A stretch of DNA of 64,000 bases from IMG/VR virus record IMGVR_UViG_3300005611_000007, positions 32,001-96,000 of that record. One strand, given 5' to 3'. The stretch's first letter is position 1, and each line of letters begins with the position of its first letter. Origin of the DNA: a virus (lineage: Duplodnaviria > Caudoviricetes). Positions 8,322-18,048 of this stretch are shown here, piece after piece. A program made the position numbers and the translations under genes. The notes under the pieces were generated by a model. The model ran no database searches, was not told the DNA's origin, and saw nothing but the letters and a program-made list of their open reading frames with translations.

Positions 8322-9355
8322 AATACTCTCACTAATAGTGTATCTTTATTGATACGACCTGTAAACGTTGATGGTTTGGTTGTTAGTTTATCCATGAAAG
8401 TCCTGAGTTTGACCTTTCCCGATTTTAGCAACTCACCTAGTTGCTCTTGAGGTTTACGTAATGTCTTACACATACTTGTTTCCATATCAAAGTTTTGAAG
8501 TGTGGTTCCTTTCATCTTAAAACCACCCTCCAAAGAGTTATAACAAGTCAATTTCTTATACTTGACATTATATACCCACAATTGTTTCATGTCAACAATT
8601 GTTTCTGGACTTATCGACACAACTTTCAACTCATTCGATTCTTTGAGATATTGAATATTTTTTACGAGTTGTGCGGCAGACTTTACCTTTGGTTTACGTG
8701 GACGACGTATTACCTTTCTATTATTTATATGCTTGTCTAGTTCAGTCAATAGACGTTCAAAAAATGCAATACGATTTGTCAAACCTTTACGTTTTAGATA
8801 TCCCCAGGCTTCTTTAAGATCCTCATTCTTACCTTTCTTTGCTTCCAAGAGTTCTTCATATTCTCTTTTATAATATTGAGTAATTTTCTCAATTTGTGTT
8901 TTGTTCATATTTTTGATTCTAGCAAACTGATAGAAGTCAAACTTGTCATCTTGTCGGTCTACTACCTCTTCTAATTCGCCAATCCATTCTTTTACTGGAT
9001 CAATCTTATCTTTTTGTGTCGTATTCTTATTAGGGGATTTTACGACTTTCACTTCTTCCTCTGCCAGTTGAGAAATTCTATTTCGAAGATAGTCCATACG
9101 AGAGGAATCGTTTGTGTGAATAATACATGCCCAGTGTGGAAACATAAATTTCCAGTCTGGTTGTTTTAGAATAGATGTGGCAATTTTCTTAGGAAACTCA
9201 GTACGAATCCAAGATTTGACCAATTCTATAATCTGCTTATTCTCAACTTCGTATTGAAAATAAAAATCAGCCGCCCGTCCAGGAGTCTTAGGGGCACCAC
9301 TAAGACCTGTTACTCGGTGAGCACGTACACGTTTCTTACGAGGTTTAAGAGACAT
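8318..9355 (-). CDS. conserved T4-like phage protein
   Basis: C-terminal KGTTL..KTLRKP..GRIN motif. Confidence 0.75.
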   Translation of the reverse strand: MSLKPRKKRVRAHRVTGLSGAPKTPGRAADFYFQYEVENKQIIELVKSWIRTEFPKKIATSILKQPDWKFMFPHWACIIHTNDSSRMDYLRNRISQLAEEEVKVVKSPNKNTTQKDKIDPVKEWIGELEEVVDRQDDKFDFYQFARIKNMNKTQIEKITQYYKREYEELLEAKKGKNEDLKEAWGYLKRKGLTNRIAFFERLLTELDKHINNRKVIRRPRKPKVKSAAQLVKNIQYLKESNELKVVSISPETIVDMKQLWVYNVKYKKLTCYNSLEGGFKMKGTTLQNFDMETSMCKTLRKPQEQLGELLKSGKVKLRTFMDKLTTKPSTFTGRINKDTLLVRVL

Positions 9356-9368
9356 TTAGACTTTTCCT

Positions 9369-9830
9369 TCATTCATTACCAGACACCATAGCGTTACCAG
9401 ACACCTCAGCGTCACCAGTCACCACGGCGTCATTAGACACCATAGCGTTACCAGACACCACAGCGTAACCAGTCACCACAGCGTAACCAGACACCCGAGC
9501 GTTACCAGACACCATAGCGCGACCAGACACCACAGCGCGACCAGACACCACAGCGCGACCAGACACCACAGCATTATCAGACACCATAGCGTAACCAGTC
9601 ACCCGAGCGTTATCATACACCCGAGCGTTATCAAACACCCTAGCGTTATCATACACCACAGCGCGACCAGATACCACAGCGCGACCATACACCCTAGCGT
9701 TACCAGTCACCCGAGCGTTAGGCCCAACATAGGCGGTCTCAAAAACAGTAGCGGTATCAGCAACCCATCCACCACCATTAGGATGTTGGTGAGCAGGAAC
9801 TGGATCAGTACCAAAATCAAAAGTAGTCAT
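9369..9830 (-). CDS. hexapeptide-repeat (left-handed beta-helix) protein
   Basis: AHQHPNGGGWV head then about 19 [VSG]NA[R/V]V hexads. Confidence 0.85.
   Translation of the reverse strand: MTTFDFGTDPVPAHQHPNGGGWVADTATVFETAYVGPNARVTGNARVYGRAVVSGRAVVYDNARVFDNARVYDNARVTGYAMVSDNAVVSGRAVVSGRAVVSGRAMVSGNARVSGYAVVTGYAVVSGNAMVSNDAVVTGDAEVSGNAMVSGNE
9372..9720. repeat. 18-bp coding tandem repeat
   Basis: recurrent accagacaccacagcgcg-type units. Confidence 0.85.
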
Positions 9831-9889
9831 CTTGTTCACTCCTTCATTCATCATAGGTATATCCTACCAGGAATTTTATTTTTTGTCAA
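9831..9889 (-). promoter_or_regulatory. early promoter cassette, family B
   Basis: TTGACA-17-TAGGAT then ATGATGAATGAAGGAG. Confidence 0.8.
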
Positions 9890-10112
9890 CAACTTTTTTT
9901 GTTGTGATATAAAATTTTTGGTCTTTGTCAAAATCGTAGGTCCATCTCAATCCGGGCCCCCATGGTGTATCTGTTCCCTTCCAATCCATATCTTTGAGAA
10001 ACTGCTGTAACTCAACACGACCACCATATCTCGTATCGATATAATCTATAAACTCATCACACCAGGGATCGTCTGGTTTAACGTATCCTGCATGGTCAGG
10101 TGGTTTTCTCAT
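9876..10112 (-). CDS. hypothetical protein
   Basis: likely start MRKPP via ATGA overlap. Confidence 0.55.
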   Translation of the reverse strand: MRKPPDHAGYVKPDDPWCDEFIDYIDTRYGGRVELQQFLKDMDWKGTDTPWGPGLRWTYDFDKDQKFYITTKKVVDKK

Positions 10113-10561
10113 CGTGCTCGGCCATCTCCCATCAATCCAGGACAACTCATTGCCCCAAGAACCCACAATGGACTTAAATATTCCCAGATATTTTTGTCTT
10201 GTTGATCCAGCCACTCTTTCTGAATCATTATAGCATGATATTCTCTTCGTTGTGGACATTCGTATAAATCCTCAATGTCATTATATTCTTGATAATGATG
10301 AATGAGTTCGTGTAATAAAATGCTTTGATCCCATATATCATTCACATCAAAATCATTTGGTAGATATATCGTATCAGATACATACACTCCCATCACATTT
10401 ACTGATTTCTCAGGACCTTCATATTTCACTCCTGGATAAACCATATGAAATAACTGTTCTTTATCTTTTAACATTATATCTGGTAAATGAGGTATTGTCA
10501 ACCCTGTATGAACATTCATCCATATCATAAAAGATGCTAATAAAGTTTTTATTGTGAGCAT
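10109..10561 (-). CDS. putative exported HExxH metallopeptidase-like protein
   Basis: hydrophobic N-terminus; LLHELIHHYQ...REYHA. Confidence 0.7.
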   Translation of the reverse strand: MLTIKTLLASFMIWMNVHTGLTIPHLPDIMLKDKEQLFHMVYPGVKYEGPEKSVNVMGVYVSDTIYLPNDFDVNDIWDQSILLHELIHHYQEYNDIEDLYECPQRREYHAIMIQKEWLDQQDKNIWEYLSPLWVLGAMSCPGLMGDGRAR

Positions 10562-10577
10562 TTTAAATATCCTTAAA

Positions 10578-10585
10578 TATAAATA
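10578..10585 (+). promoter_or_regulatory. T4 late promoter
   Basis: TATAAATA upstream of AAGGAGG SD and the plus-strand operon. Confidence 0.75.
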
Positions 10586-10622
10586 AACCGTATAGACAAT
10601 AATAAGGAGGTGTAAGGCAAAA

Positions 10623-11222
10623 ATGAAAACCGCAATACCGTTTTTGGTATTTATCGTGGTTTTTATGTTTTCATCTTCTGTGTTTGCTCAAAGCACTATT
10701 ACTACAAATAACAATAACAATAACAATAATGTGAATACGAGTAATAGTAGCAGTACTAGTAATGTCGTTACTGACACTGATACAAAAACGATAGTGATTA
10801 ATCCACCACCCAGCGCTATTTCTCCAAGTATTAATAGTAATAATATGGATCTTTGCACTACGGGTGCGAGTACTGCTGTACAAACACAGATTTTGGGTCT
10901 CAGTAAAGGGACCACTGTTCGTGACCCAAATTGTGAGAGATTGAAGTTGAGTAAAACTCTTTATGATATGGGCATGAAAGTCGCCGCTGTTAGTGTTCTC
11001 TGTCAAGATAGAAGAGTGTTTGATGCCATGAAAATGGCAGGTACACCCTGTCCTTATCTTGGTCAAATTGGACAACCAGCCGCTGACCAGTGGGATGCAA
11101 ACCCCGAAATGGTTCCAGATGCAGAATCAAAAGATCTAGATGGAGACAAAGTAGATGACGATGAAGCTAAAGTATTTGGCGTCGGCATTCTTGGCATTCT
11201 TGGTTTGCTTTTGCTCCTATAA
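10623..11222 (+). CDS. exported Cys-containing protein with C-terminal membrane anchor
   Basis: signal peptide (VFA|Q), Asn run, 4 Cys, terminal GILGILGLLLLL. Confidence 0.85.
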   Translation: MKTAIPFLVFIVVFMFSSSVFAQSTITTNNNNNNNNVNTSNSSSTSNVVTDTDTKTIVINPPPSAISPSINSNNMDLCTTGASTAVQTQILGLSKGTTVRDPNCERLKLSKTLYDMGMKVAAVSVLCQDRRVFDAMKMAGTPCPYLGQIGQPAADQWDANPEMVPDAESKDLDGDKVDDDEAKVFGVGILGILGLLLLL

Positions 11223-13302
11223 CGCTAGTGCTCAAACATTTGACACCTCTACCGGTGCACCTACAATCGTTGAACATAATATCAGCGACGATGGTTACAC
11301 ACAGGTAAATCTAGGATTTTCATTTCCTTTCTATGGAAATACTTATACCACGTCCTATATGCATAGCAATGGTGTTGTTCAATTTGTAAACCCAACGACG
11401 AGTTGGTGTTGTAGTGGTATTAATTTAGACACCAATTCAACTCTTAGTTCGTCTTATAACTATGCAATTGCTGTATTATGGACAGACTTGATAGACAATT
11501 CAACAGAAGGAAGATTTTACACACAGGGTAATGAAAATTACCAAAGATATCAATGGAATAATATAAGTGAATATTATAACAGCAATCGAAATACAGTAGG
11601 TCTAGAAATTCGTCCAGATGGTAGTTTTGATATGTATCATCAAATGATCAACATACAAAACCATGCTTTCACTATTGGTGTTATAGGCGATGCTACACAA
11701 GGCGAATGGACACAATATCAATATACAAATCCAGGTGGTACATTATATAATTTTGGATCTTCTACAGCCGATGATAGAGTAACTGGTTGGTCAGCGACAA
11801 ATAACGTGTATAGTTATAGTGATGGAACTGCTGGTACTGCATCTGCTTCTGATCCTTGTGATAGTGATCCATTATACTCAGAGAATTGTTCTGGTTACGC
11901 TCAAGCATACTATAATCAACAGTGTGAACTAGACGCTCTGTATGATAGTGGATGTTCAGGATATGCTGATGCCTACTTTAGTCAACAGTGTTCTTTAGAC
12001 CCTTTATATGATATTGAATGTACTGGTTATGCAGAAGCTTATTTCGATCAACAATGTTCTTTAGACCCTTTATATGATACTGACTGCACTGATTATAATG
12101 AAACATATTTCAACCAACAGTGTTCTTTAGATCCTCTTTATAATAGTGAATGTCCTGGATACACACAGGCATACTACGATCAACAATGTTCTTTAGACCC
12201 TTTATATGATTCTAGTTGTTCGGGATATAAGACCGCTTATTATAATCAGCAATGTAGTCTTGACGCTCTCTATGATACAGAATGCCCAGGTTACGCAACT
12301 GCTTACTACAATCAACAGTGTTCTTTAGATCCATTATATGATACAAGATGTCCGGGTTACGAACAGGCGGTTATCGCTAGAAACTGTAATATAGATCCTT
12401 TGTTTAGTCCTACATGTGATGGATATTCAGCAGCACTAGCAGCGCAACAAGAGAAACAAGCAGAAGAAACAAAAACCACTGAAGACGAACAACAAGTAGA
12501 GACAGTAGCAGAAGCAAATCCAACAGAAGAGACTATAGTTGTTGCAGTCACAGAAACAAATAAAGAAGAGATTACAACATCAGTAGTTGAAGTTGAAGGT
12601 ATTCCTAATGTAACTGTAGTTATACCAGAAGTATCACAACTAGATACAGCAACAGCGGCGTTTACCGCACGAGTAGAAACTTTACAAGCAGAAACTAGAC
12701 AAGAGGTTCAACAAGCTGTAGCAGCAGAACAACAAGCGGTAGTCGCAGAGATTGAGTCTGAGGTAGAACAAGAAATTGAACAACAGATAGCAGCAGAAGT
12801 AGAGACTAATACTGAAGAAGTCAAAGAAGAAACTAAGGAAGAAACAAAAGAAGAAATTAAAGTTGCCGCTGTAGAAGAAAAGAAAGAAGAGAAGAAGGAG
12901 GAAAAGAAAGAGGAGACTAAAGAAGAAGTAAAAGAAGAGAAAAAAGAAGAACCCAAAAAGAAAGAAGCAAAGAAGGAAAAAGAAAAACCTTCTAAAGAAG
13001 TACGAATTAAACAAGCTATACAGGAACGTATTGAGTCATTAGCAGAAAAGATGGGTGAGTCAGCAGCACTTGAAACACAAGTAGCAGCACAGGCATCAAT
13101 CGTCGCTATGATGGGATATGTTCCGGGATTTAAAGATTATACTGGCGTGCAGTTACAGGATAAACCTTTTTATGAACAAACACAGATTCCTAGTGGAAGT
13201 ATACAGGATAACAGATTTATTAGTCGATTCTTGATGAATGATCAGAAGTTTAATGAGTTAGAAAGATCACAATTCAATAATAGGGTAATAGGTACAAGGT
13301 AA
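11155..13302 (+). CDS. secreted protein: NIDO-like domain, 9 Cys repeats, Glu/Lys-rich stalk
   Basis: signal peptide (ASA|Q); LGFSFPFYG..SNG..WTDL; 22-aa repeats. Confidence 0.85.
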   Translation: MTMKLKYLASAFLAFLVCFCSYNASAQTFDTSTGAPTIVEHNISDDGYTQVNLGFSFPFYGNTYTTSYMHSNGVVQFVNPTTSWCCSGINLDTNSTLSSSYNYAIAVLWTDLIDNSTEGRFYTQGNENYQRYQWNNISEYYNSNRNTVGLEIRPDGSFDMYHQMINIQNHAFTIGVIGDATQGEWTQYQYTNPGGTLYNFGSSTADDRVTGWSATNNVYSYSDGTAGTASASDPCDSDPLYSENCSGYAQAYYNQQCELDALYDSGCSGYADAYFSQQCSLDPLYDIECTGYAEAYFDQQCSLDPLYDTDCTDYNETYFNQQCSLDPLYNSECPGYTQAYYDQQCSLDPLYDSSCSGYKTAYYNQQCSLDALYDTECPGYATAYYNQQCSLDPLYDTRCPGYEQAVIARNCNIDPLFSPTCDGYSAALAAQQEKQAEETKTTEDEQQVETVAEANPTEETIVVAVTETNKEEITTSVVEVEGIPNVTVVIPEVSQLDTATAAFTARVETLQAETRQEVQQAVAAEQQAVVAEIESEVEQEIEQQIAAEVETNTEEVKEETKEETKEEIKVAAVEEKKEEKKEEKKEETKEEVKEEKKEEPKKKEAKKEKEKPSKEVRIKQAIQERIESLAEKMGESAALETQVAAQASIVAMMGYVPGFKDYTGVQLQDKPFYEQTQIPSGSIQDNRFISRFLMNDQKFNELERSQFNNRVIGTR
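11851..12435 (+). repeat. 66-bp coding tandem repeat (YYxQQCSLDPLYDxxCxGYxxA x9)
   Basis: visible in protein and DNA (caacartgttctttagayccwttatat). Confidence 0.9.
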
Positions 13303-13303
13303 A

Positions 13304-13816
13304 ATGGCAGAGATAGAATTTGCTGGAGTTAAATTCAAGGGTGGCAAGATGGTTGCTGTCGCAATGGCGCTATCCACTTTAATTGGTGGTTTGTACGGCA
13401 CCTTTGAGGTCTATAAAGATTATACGACAATGAAACAAAAGATTACAACATATGTTGCTCCTGATCTTTCTGGCTTCGATAAAAGAGTAGAATTATTGAA
13501 ACAGAAGGTCGAAGAGTCATATGTACTAGTAGGTGAGGCTCAAGAAACCGCGCGAGATATGCGTACCGATCTAAAGAACGATATGAATCAATTATCAGAC
13601 ACGATATACGAACTAGAGAAAAAGAATACTGCTACAGAACGCGAAATCAGAGAACTTATGAGATCTACTGAAAAAGATATGAGAGAGATGATTAACTCTG
13701 CGGATGATAGAATGGATGCATCGCGAAGAAAAGTGGAATCTGATATTCGCGAACTAGAAGATAGGGTAAACAAGACTATAGAAAAAGCCTTGAATAACCC
13801 TCTAAACAAACTATAA
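13304..13816 (+). CDS. N-terminal TM plus long coiled-coil protein
   Basis: hydrophobic segment at aa 17-33, then heptads. Confidence 0.8.
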   Translation: MAEIEFAGVKFKGGKMVAVAMALSTLIGGLYGTFEVYKDYTTMKQKITTYVAPDLSGFDKRVELLKQKVEESYVLVGEAQETARDMRTDLKNDMNQLSDTIYELEKKNTATEREIRELMRSTEKDMREMINSADDRMDASRRKVESDIRELEDRVNKTIEKALNNPLNKL

Positions 13817-14806
13817 TTACTTTTCGTGATCTAATAGGGATTTTAATAATCCCTCCCATTCTTGTGCTCGTAGATCCCAGCTATAGAATGTGTTTGTGTA
13901 GAGTTTCTGAAACTGCAATTTTGTTTGCATGTCTTCTTCCCAATATGATTCTATAGCCGCATTTAGAACTTGGTAGAACATATGAGCGTGTTGATTCTTA
14001 TCCTCATCAAATGGATACATAAGAGAAAAGTTAGAAGTAGTTTCTGGAAGTGCCGCTAGAGATGGACAAACTACGCAACAACCAGCACTCATCGCTTCAA
14101 TCGCAGCAATACAAGAAGTTTCTTGCCATGTGCTGGGGTATGCAAAAATATGTGCTTTTTGTAATGCTTCTCTTACTTCTTGATTGGATACAGTTCCATG
14201 GTATGTGATATGTTCATGATCACGACAAATTTGAAATAATTGTTCAAATGGTTCATCTCTCTGTGGCCATCCATAGATATTAAAAGATGAATATACATCT
14301 AGATGAACTCTATCGCCCCATTTTTCAGATAGTTTCTGATAAACAGCTAACAACACATCAAGACCACGGTGTGGTGTAGTGTGATAGATAAGTCTCAATG
14401 GACCTTCTTTTGATTTTTCGTGAGTAGGAATAGGTTCAATAGCGTTTCTAATAACAATAGAATCGCTGTAGGGGACACCTAAAACTTTATGATAAGTTGT
14501 AAATTGCCAGTGGGATACAAAAACAAGTCGTCTGAATCTGCTCCGATTTCCACTATCACTGAGGTGCCTGGATTCAGGGTCTTCCGCCAAATCGTGCAAC
14601 CAGAGAATAGGAAGACGATTAGGATCAATATTCCTAACTCTAGATGGAATAATTTGGAATCTATCTAACAACTCCTTTGATAACTTTGAATATAATGCAT
14701 GTTGCATCATCTCTGTGCCACCCATAGCATTTCTATTCAATTCGTTTGTCTCAATACCAATAGAATTGTTTAACTCGTTTTCATTCATAACTACTTTCAA
14801 CGACAT
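13817..14806 (-). CDS. GT4 glycosyltransferase
   Basis: GGTE, WLHD, PHRGL, ETSCIAAIEAM. Confidence 0.88.
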   Translation of the reverse strand: MSLKVVMNENELNNSIGIETNELNRNAMGGTEMMQHALYSKLSKELLDRFQIIPSRVRNIDPNRLPILWLHDLAEDPESRHLSDSGNRSRFRRLVFVSHWQFTTYHKVLGVPYSDSIVIRNAIEPIPTHEKSKEGPLRLIYHTTPHRGLDVLLAVYQKLSEKWGDRVHLDVYSSFNIYGWPQRDEPFEQLFQICRDHEHITYHGTVSNQEVREALQKAHIFAYPSTWQETSCIAAIEAMSAGCCVVCPSLAALPETTSNFSLMYPFDEDKNQHAHMFYQVLNAAIESYWEEDMQTKLQFQKLYTNTFYSWDLRAQEWEGLLKSLLDHEK

Positions 14807-14818
14807 TCTTAAAAACCT

Positions 14819-14980
14819 TTAATCAGTATAATAATCTTTGTTATATGGACAATTTAATCTATGACAATTATCTAATGTAGATGTAATAGCAGGTCTTTGA
14901 CATTCTTCACAGATTTCGTTTTTTCTTGGTACATAAATTTCATCTATAAAATCTGGGTAATCATCTTTTCTATGCGACAT
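14819..14980 (-). CDS. small Cys-containing protein (53 aa)
   Basis: translated by hand; GGAGG SD; CEEC...CxxxxC. Confidence 0.55.
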   Translation of the reverse strand: MSHRKDDYPDFIDEIYVPRKNEICEECQRPAITSTLDNCHRLNCPYNKDYYTD

Positions 14981-14996
14981 AATATCCTCCATTATG

Positions 14997-15025
14997 ATTA
15001 TAGGGGGAATTTCACCCCCTATAAT
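14997..15025. terminator. hairpin, probable terminator
   Basis: attataggggg-7-ccccctataat. Confidence 0.6.
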
Positions 15026-15028
15026 ATA

Positions 15029-15421
15029 TTAAAACCTTTTTGAGATTTTAACACCAACTGTTGTTTCTTGATGTTCTAAATTTCTGTCCATGATAACGTC
15101 TGCGTGTGGAGATAGTTGAAACCATTCGGCATCAAGATCCCAAGTAATCTCTGCTTTGTATTCAGATGCATCTTGTGAATCCCAATGTACTAAAGGATAC
15201 AATCCCACGAGAATACCTAAATTAGTAGCTTCCGCTTCTATACCAAATTCAGTCTTAAAATTTGCTGATTCAACAGAATACATATTGTCTGCGCTAATAA
15301 TAAAATCAAGACCAGGAACAAGTTCTGGCGCCTTTGTCGTTGATTCTTCCGCCTTTGCTACCGAAACTGTTGTTAAAAATAACAAAGTAACTACAGGTAG
15401 ATATTTAATATATTTAAACAT
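15029..15421 (-). CDS. small outer-membrane beta-barrel-like protein
   Basis: signal peptide AKA|EE, amphipathic strands, terminal GVKISKRF. Confidence 0.6.
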   Translation of the reverse strand: MFKYIKYLPVVTLLFLTTVSVAKAEESTTKAPELVPGLDFIISADNMYSVESANFKTEFGIEAEATNLGILVGLYPLVHWDSQDASEYKAEITWDLDAEWFQLSPHADVIMDRNLEHQETTVGVKISKRF

Positions 15422-15469
15422 AGTTTTACCTTTTTGTTGTTAATAATATCTCCTTCAAAATTATCATAT

Positions 15470-15477
15470 TATTTATA
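15470..15477 (-). promoter_or_regulatory. T4 late promoter
   Basis: TATAAATA. Confidence 0.65.
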
Positions 15478-15745
15478 CTTCAAATTTCTCCCAATCCGCC
15501 CAACTTTTTAGACTATCCCAACGAAAGGATCGCCAACCCATATTATCTAGGTCATATACAGGGCGTACTTCTGCTGTCTTTAAAACACCTTCGCCTGAAG
15601 GTTGATGTTCTGATGGAATCATATCTTCCTTTAGAGTAGCCTTCATTACACGATATTCACCACTCTTCTTAGTAAACTCAAGACGAACTACACTTGTACG
15701 TAAAGCATGAACCAACAAATCACGATCAAATTCTTGCATTCTCAA
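15473..15745 (-). CDS. WYL_2/SH3-fold protein
   Basis: FTKKSGEYRVMKATL...YDLD..GWRSFR. Confidence 0.8.
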   Translation of the reverse strand: MRMQEFDRDLLVHALRTSVVRLEFTKKSGEYRVMKATLKEDMIPSEHQPSGEGVLKTAEVRPVYDLDNMGWRSFRWDSLKSWADWEKFEV

Positions 15746-15996
15746 CTCCCACTATAATGATTATCAATCCAATCACAGAACTCATCATATCCGCCAATAT
15801 GTTTATCGTTAATGAAGATCTGTGGAACAGTTTTTACATCTGGCACTCTATTTTTCAATCCGTTTTTCCAAACCTCGCTTTCAGAAATATTATACTCAAC
15901 ATATTCAGGAAACATTTCCTGTTTACTTAGATAAAGAGTTTTTGCTCTTGTACAATAAGAACATCCATTTTGTGTATATATTTCTAGCTTTGTCAT
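15742..15996 (-). CDS. glutaredoxin
   Basis: CSYC, TVPQIFI, IGGY. Confidence 0.92.
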   Translation of the reverse strand: MTKLEIYTQNGCSYCTRAKTLYLSKQEMFPEYVEYNISESEVWKNGLKNRVPDVKTVPQIFINDKHIGGYDEFCDWIDNHYSGS

Positions 15997-16265
15997 GTCG
16001 TACTAACCGCCATTCGAAACTCTCCCTTTGGATCTCCAAACAAGTCATTAGTGCGAACACGAATATGGCGTTTGTTTGTTTCCTTCGTATTTGGATTAGG
16101 AATCGTAATCCAAGGATTCTCTAAACGTCGCCACGCCTTCATAATATCATCCAATCGGTCCACTCGCGTAATATTACGTCTGACCGACTTTACAGTAGAC
16201 CTGTTAACGTTTGGACGTTCACCATTAGATACGTAATGTTTGCCTGAAGCCTTCTTCTTACCCAA
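15993..16265 (-). CDS. basic conserved phage protein
   Basis: YVSNGER...TIPNPN..ETNKRHI. Confidence 0.65.
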   Translation of the reverse strand: MGKKKASGKHYVSNGERPNVNRSTVKSVRRNITRVDRLDDIMKAWRRLENPWITIPNPNTKETNKRHIRVRTNDLFGDPKGEFRMAVSTT

Positions 16266-16277
16266 CTCAGTTTCCTT

Positions 16278-16532
16278 TCATAAATGATTTAGTTGTCGTA
16301 AAATGAGTTCTTTGTTTAGTACTCTTAGTTTCTCTTCCCACTTTGCTGCTTGTTCTCTGTAGTATATATGGGCGTATCTCCATGAAGAGTTTGGAGCTTC
16401 TAACAGACATTTAGCTTGCATTGGTTCAAGCCATTGTACGTCTGTTTCATCATGATTTATAAGAGGGATCGTTCCACCATTGAGGTACGGATCTGTTTGT
16501 CCACTTTGCGAAACTTGCTTTTTCACCGACAT
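16278..16532 (-). CDS. hypothetical protein (start uncertain)
   Basis: fills the gap; 83-nt overlap with the upstream gene. Confidence 0.4.
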   Translation of the reverse strand: MSVKKQVSQSGQTDPYLNGGTIPLINHDETDVQWLEPMQAKCLLEAPNSSWRYAHIYYREQAAKWEEKLRVLNKELILRQLNHL

Positions 16533-17004
16533 AATAACTCCTATAGGCGTCTACGAAATGAGAACTTTTGTATTTATCTGGCATTGCTTGTGGAATGGGT
16601 GTAAACTTGGCTCGTTGAATATTATTTGGTACATGAGACAGTATATCAACAAGTTTCTCTTCTGTCAAATGTTTTTTGTGATATCGATATGTATATTCAC
16701 TACACAAGGCTTCAAAATGACATTGTAACCAAATGTAATTATTGTTACATTCCCGCGCCCATACCGCAGAAGGATGATTGACATGTGATGCTTTGTAGAG
16801 ACTAGATTCTAAATTATGATTAGGATGTCGCCATCGTTTGATAGACCTACCGTTAGCAGTCTTATCGGTATATTGTTCGCCATCTAGAATACGATGTGCT
16901 GTTGATAGAAGTTGTGCAGTTTCCACAATCATCTTGACAACATGTTTATCACACATCATCTGTGCAGATTCTTCTGGACACGTTGATAGAGCAAAAATAT
17001 TCAT
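16450..17004 (-). CDS. pyrimidine-dimer DNA glycosylase (DenV-like)
   Basis: MNIF..CDKHVVKM..E.AQLLSTAH, HxNHPS.VW, AMP, AYR.YY. Confidence 0.8.
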   Translation of the reverse strand: MNIFALSTCPEESAQMMCDKHVVKMIVETAQLLSTAHRILDGEQYTDKTANGRSIKRWRHPNHNLESSLYKASHVNHPSAVWARECNNNYIWLQCHFEALCSEYTYRYHKKHLTEEKLVDILSHVPNNIQRAKFTPIPQAMPDKYKSSHFVDAYRSYYVGEKASFAKWTNRSVPQWWNDPSYKS

Positions 17005-17192
17005 CGGTATTCACACCATGCATCAATATGGTTATAGGTATACTCTTCAAGATTACGATAGAACTTACCGGGATTGTTCTTGATAGATTCAGCAGCAATA
17101 GCACAATCTCGGTAAGAAGATGTTTCTTGTTCGTATCTAATATCACCGGCAAGACCGCCAAATGAGGTTAGAATGATCAGAAAAACTTTCAT
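17001..17192 (-). CDS. small exported protein
   Basis: hydrophobic N-terminus, 2 Cys, AGGAG SD. Confidence 0.6.
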   Translation of the reverse strand: MKVFLIILTSFGGLAGDIRYEQETSSYRDCAIAAESIKNNPGKFYRNLEEYTYNHIDAWCEYR

Positions 17193-17207
17193 TGGTCAAC
17201 TCCTTTA

Positions 17208-17459
17208 CTAATGTAACGTTTTGTTAGTTGTAGTAGGAACATTGAACTTCTTTACATGACGTTTGCTTGCCACGATACCTTCTACTATATCATCAAATCC
17301 GTCTTCTGTCAACATTGTTTTGTATATACTCAATGCTTGAGCCAACAATACACCTGCAACTATAAGACCATTACCATTACAATTATCAATGTGTTTTACT
17401 GTATTATCAAGTACCTCGTCGTATATTTGTTTCAGTAATTTTTCATCAATATCAGTCAT
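17208..17459 (-). CDS. hypothetical protein
   Basis: likely start MTDID; ends TLH. Confidence 0.6.
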   Translation of the reverse strand: MTDIDEKLLKQIYDEVLDNTVKHIDNCNGNGLIVAGVLLAQALSIYKTMLTEDGFDDIVEGIVASKRHVKKFNVPTTTNKTLH

Positions 17460-18048
17460 ATGATAAACTCCACACCCTTTCATAAATTTCTTTCCAGTTT
17501 TTGACGATTGGATATGAAAGATTCTCTTCATTCATATTGAAACCGTGTTCTACTAGAAGAGGTTTCATACCAACAGCTAGACCATCGTCTGCATTCTCTA
17601 CCTTATCTTCAATCCAGATGTATCCTGAATCTTCGTAGTGTTCTTTAAGATACTTATCTTTTCGAGCACCAGTAGCAAGACAGATGATATTACGAAAAGT
17701 GTTCTCGCCGAAAACCTTCTTAAGATTCCGTTCACGTAGCATTGCAGCATGTTTATCAGTAGAGAGACTGGTTACAACATCAAAGACATATCCATGTTCT
17801 TCATGGAGTCGCTTGACGTACCAAACGGCATCTCGGAGGGCTGGTAGAAAACCAATTGCAGCAGATTGATTGAATTCTGCTATAAAACTCTTACCTTGTT
17901 GTTTTGTGAGACCATATCGAGATCCAATCTCATAATAGAGATCAGACTCTGGACCTTTGAAGAATCCACGTTCATTCATCCAACAATCAAAAGCGTACTC
18001 CCAATTCAGAAGTACACCGTCGCAATCAGCGACAATTATCTTTTCCAT
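17452..18048 (-). CDS. HAD-family phosphatase (T4 30.2-like)
   Basis: DCDGVL, WIEDK motifs. Confidence 0.85.
   Translation of the reverse strand: MEKIIVADCDGVLLNWEYAFDCWMNERGFFKGPESDLYYEIGSRYGLTKQQGKSFIAEFNQSAAIGFLPALRDAVWYVKRLHEEHGYVFDVVTSLSTDKHAAMLRERNLKKVFGENTFRNIICLATGARKDKYLKEHYEDSGYIWIEDKVENADDGLAVGMKPLLVEHGFNMNEENLSYPIVKNWKEIYERVWSLSYD

Noticed and set aside
11851-12435. Diversity-generating retroelement or non-coding array
   Set aside because: In-frame coding repeats, no reverse transcriptase in the window, no adenine-specific pattern seen
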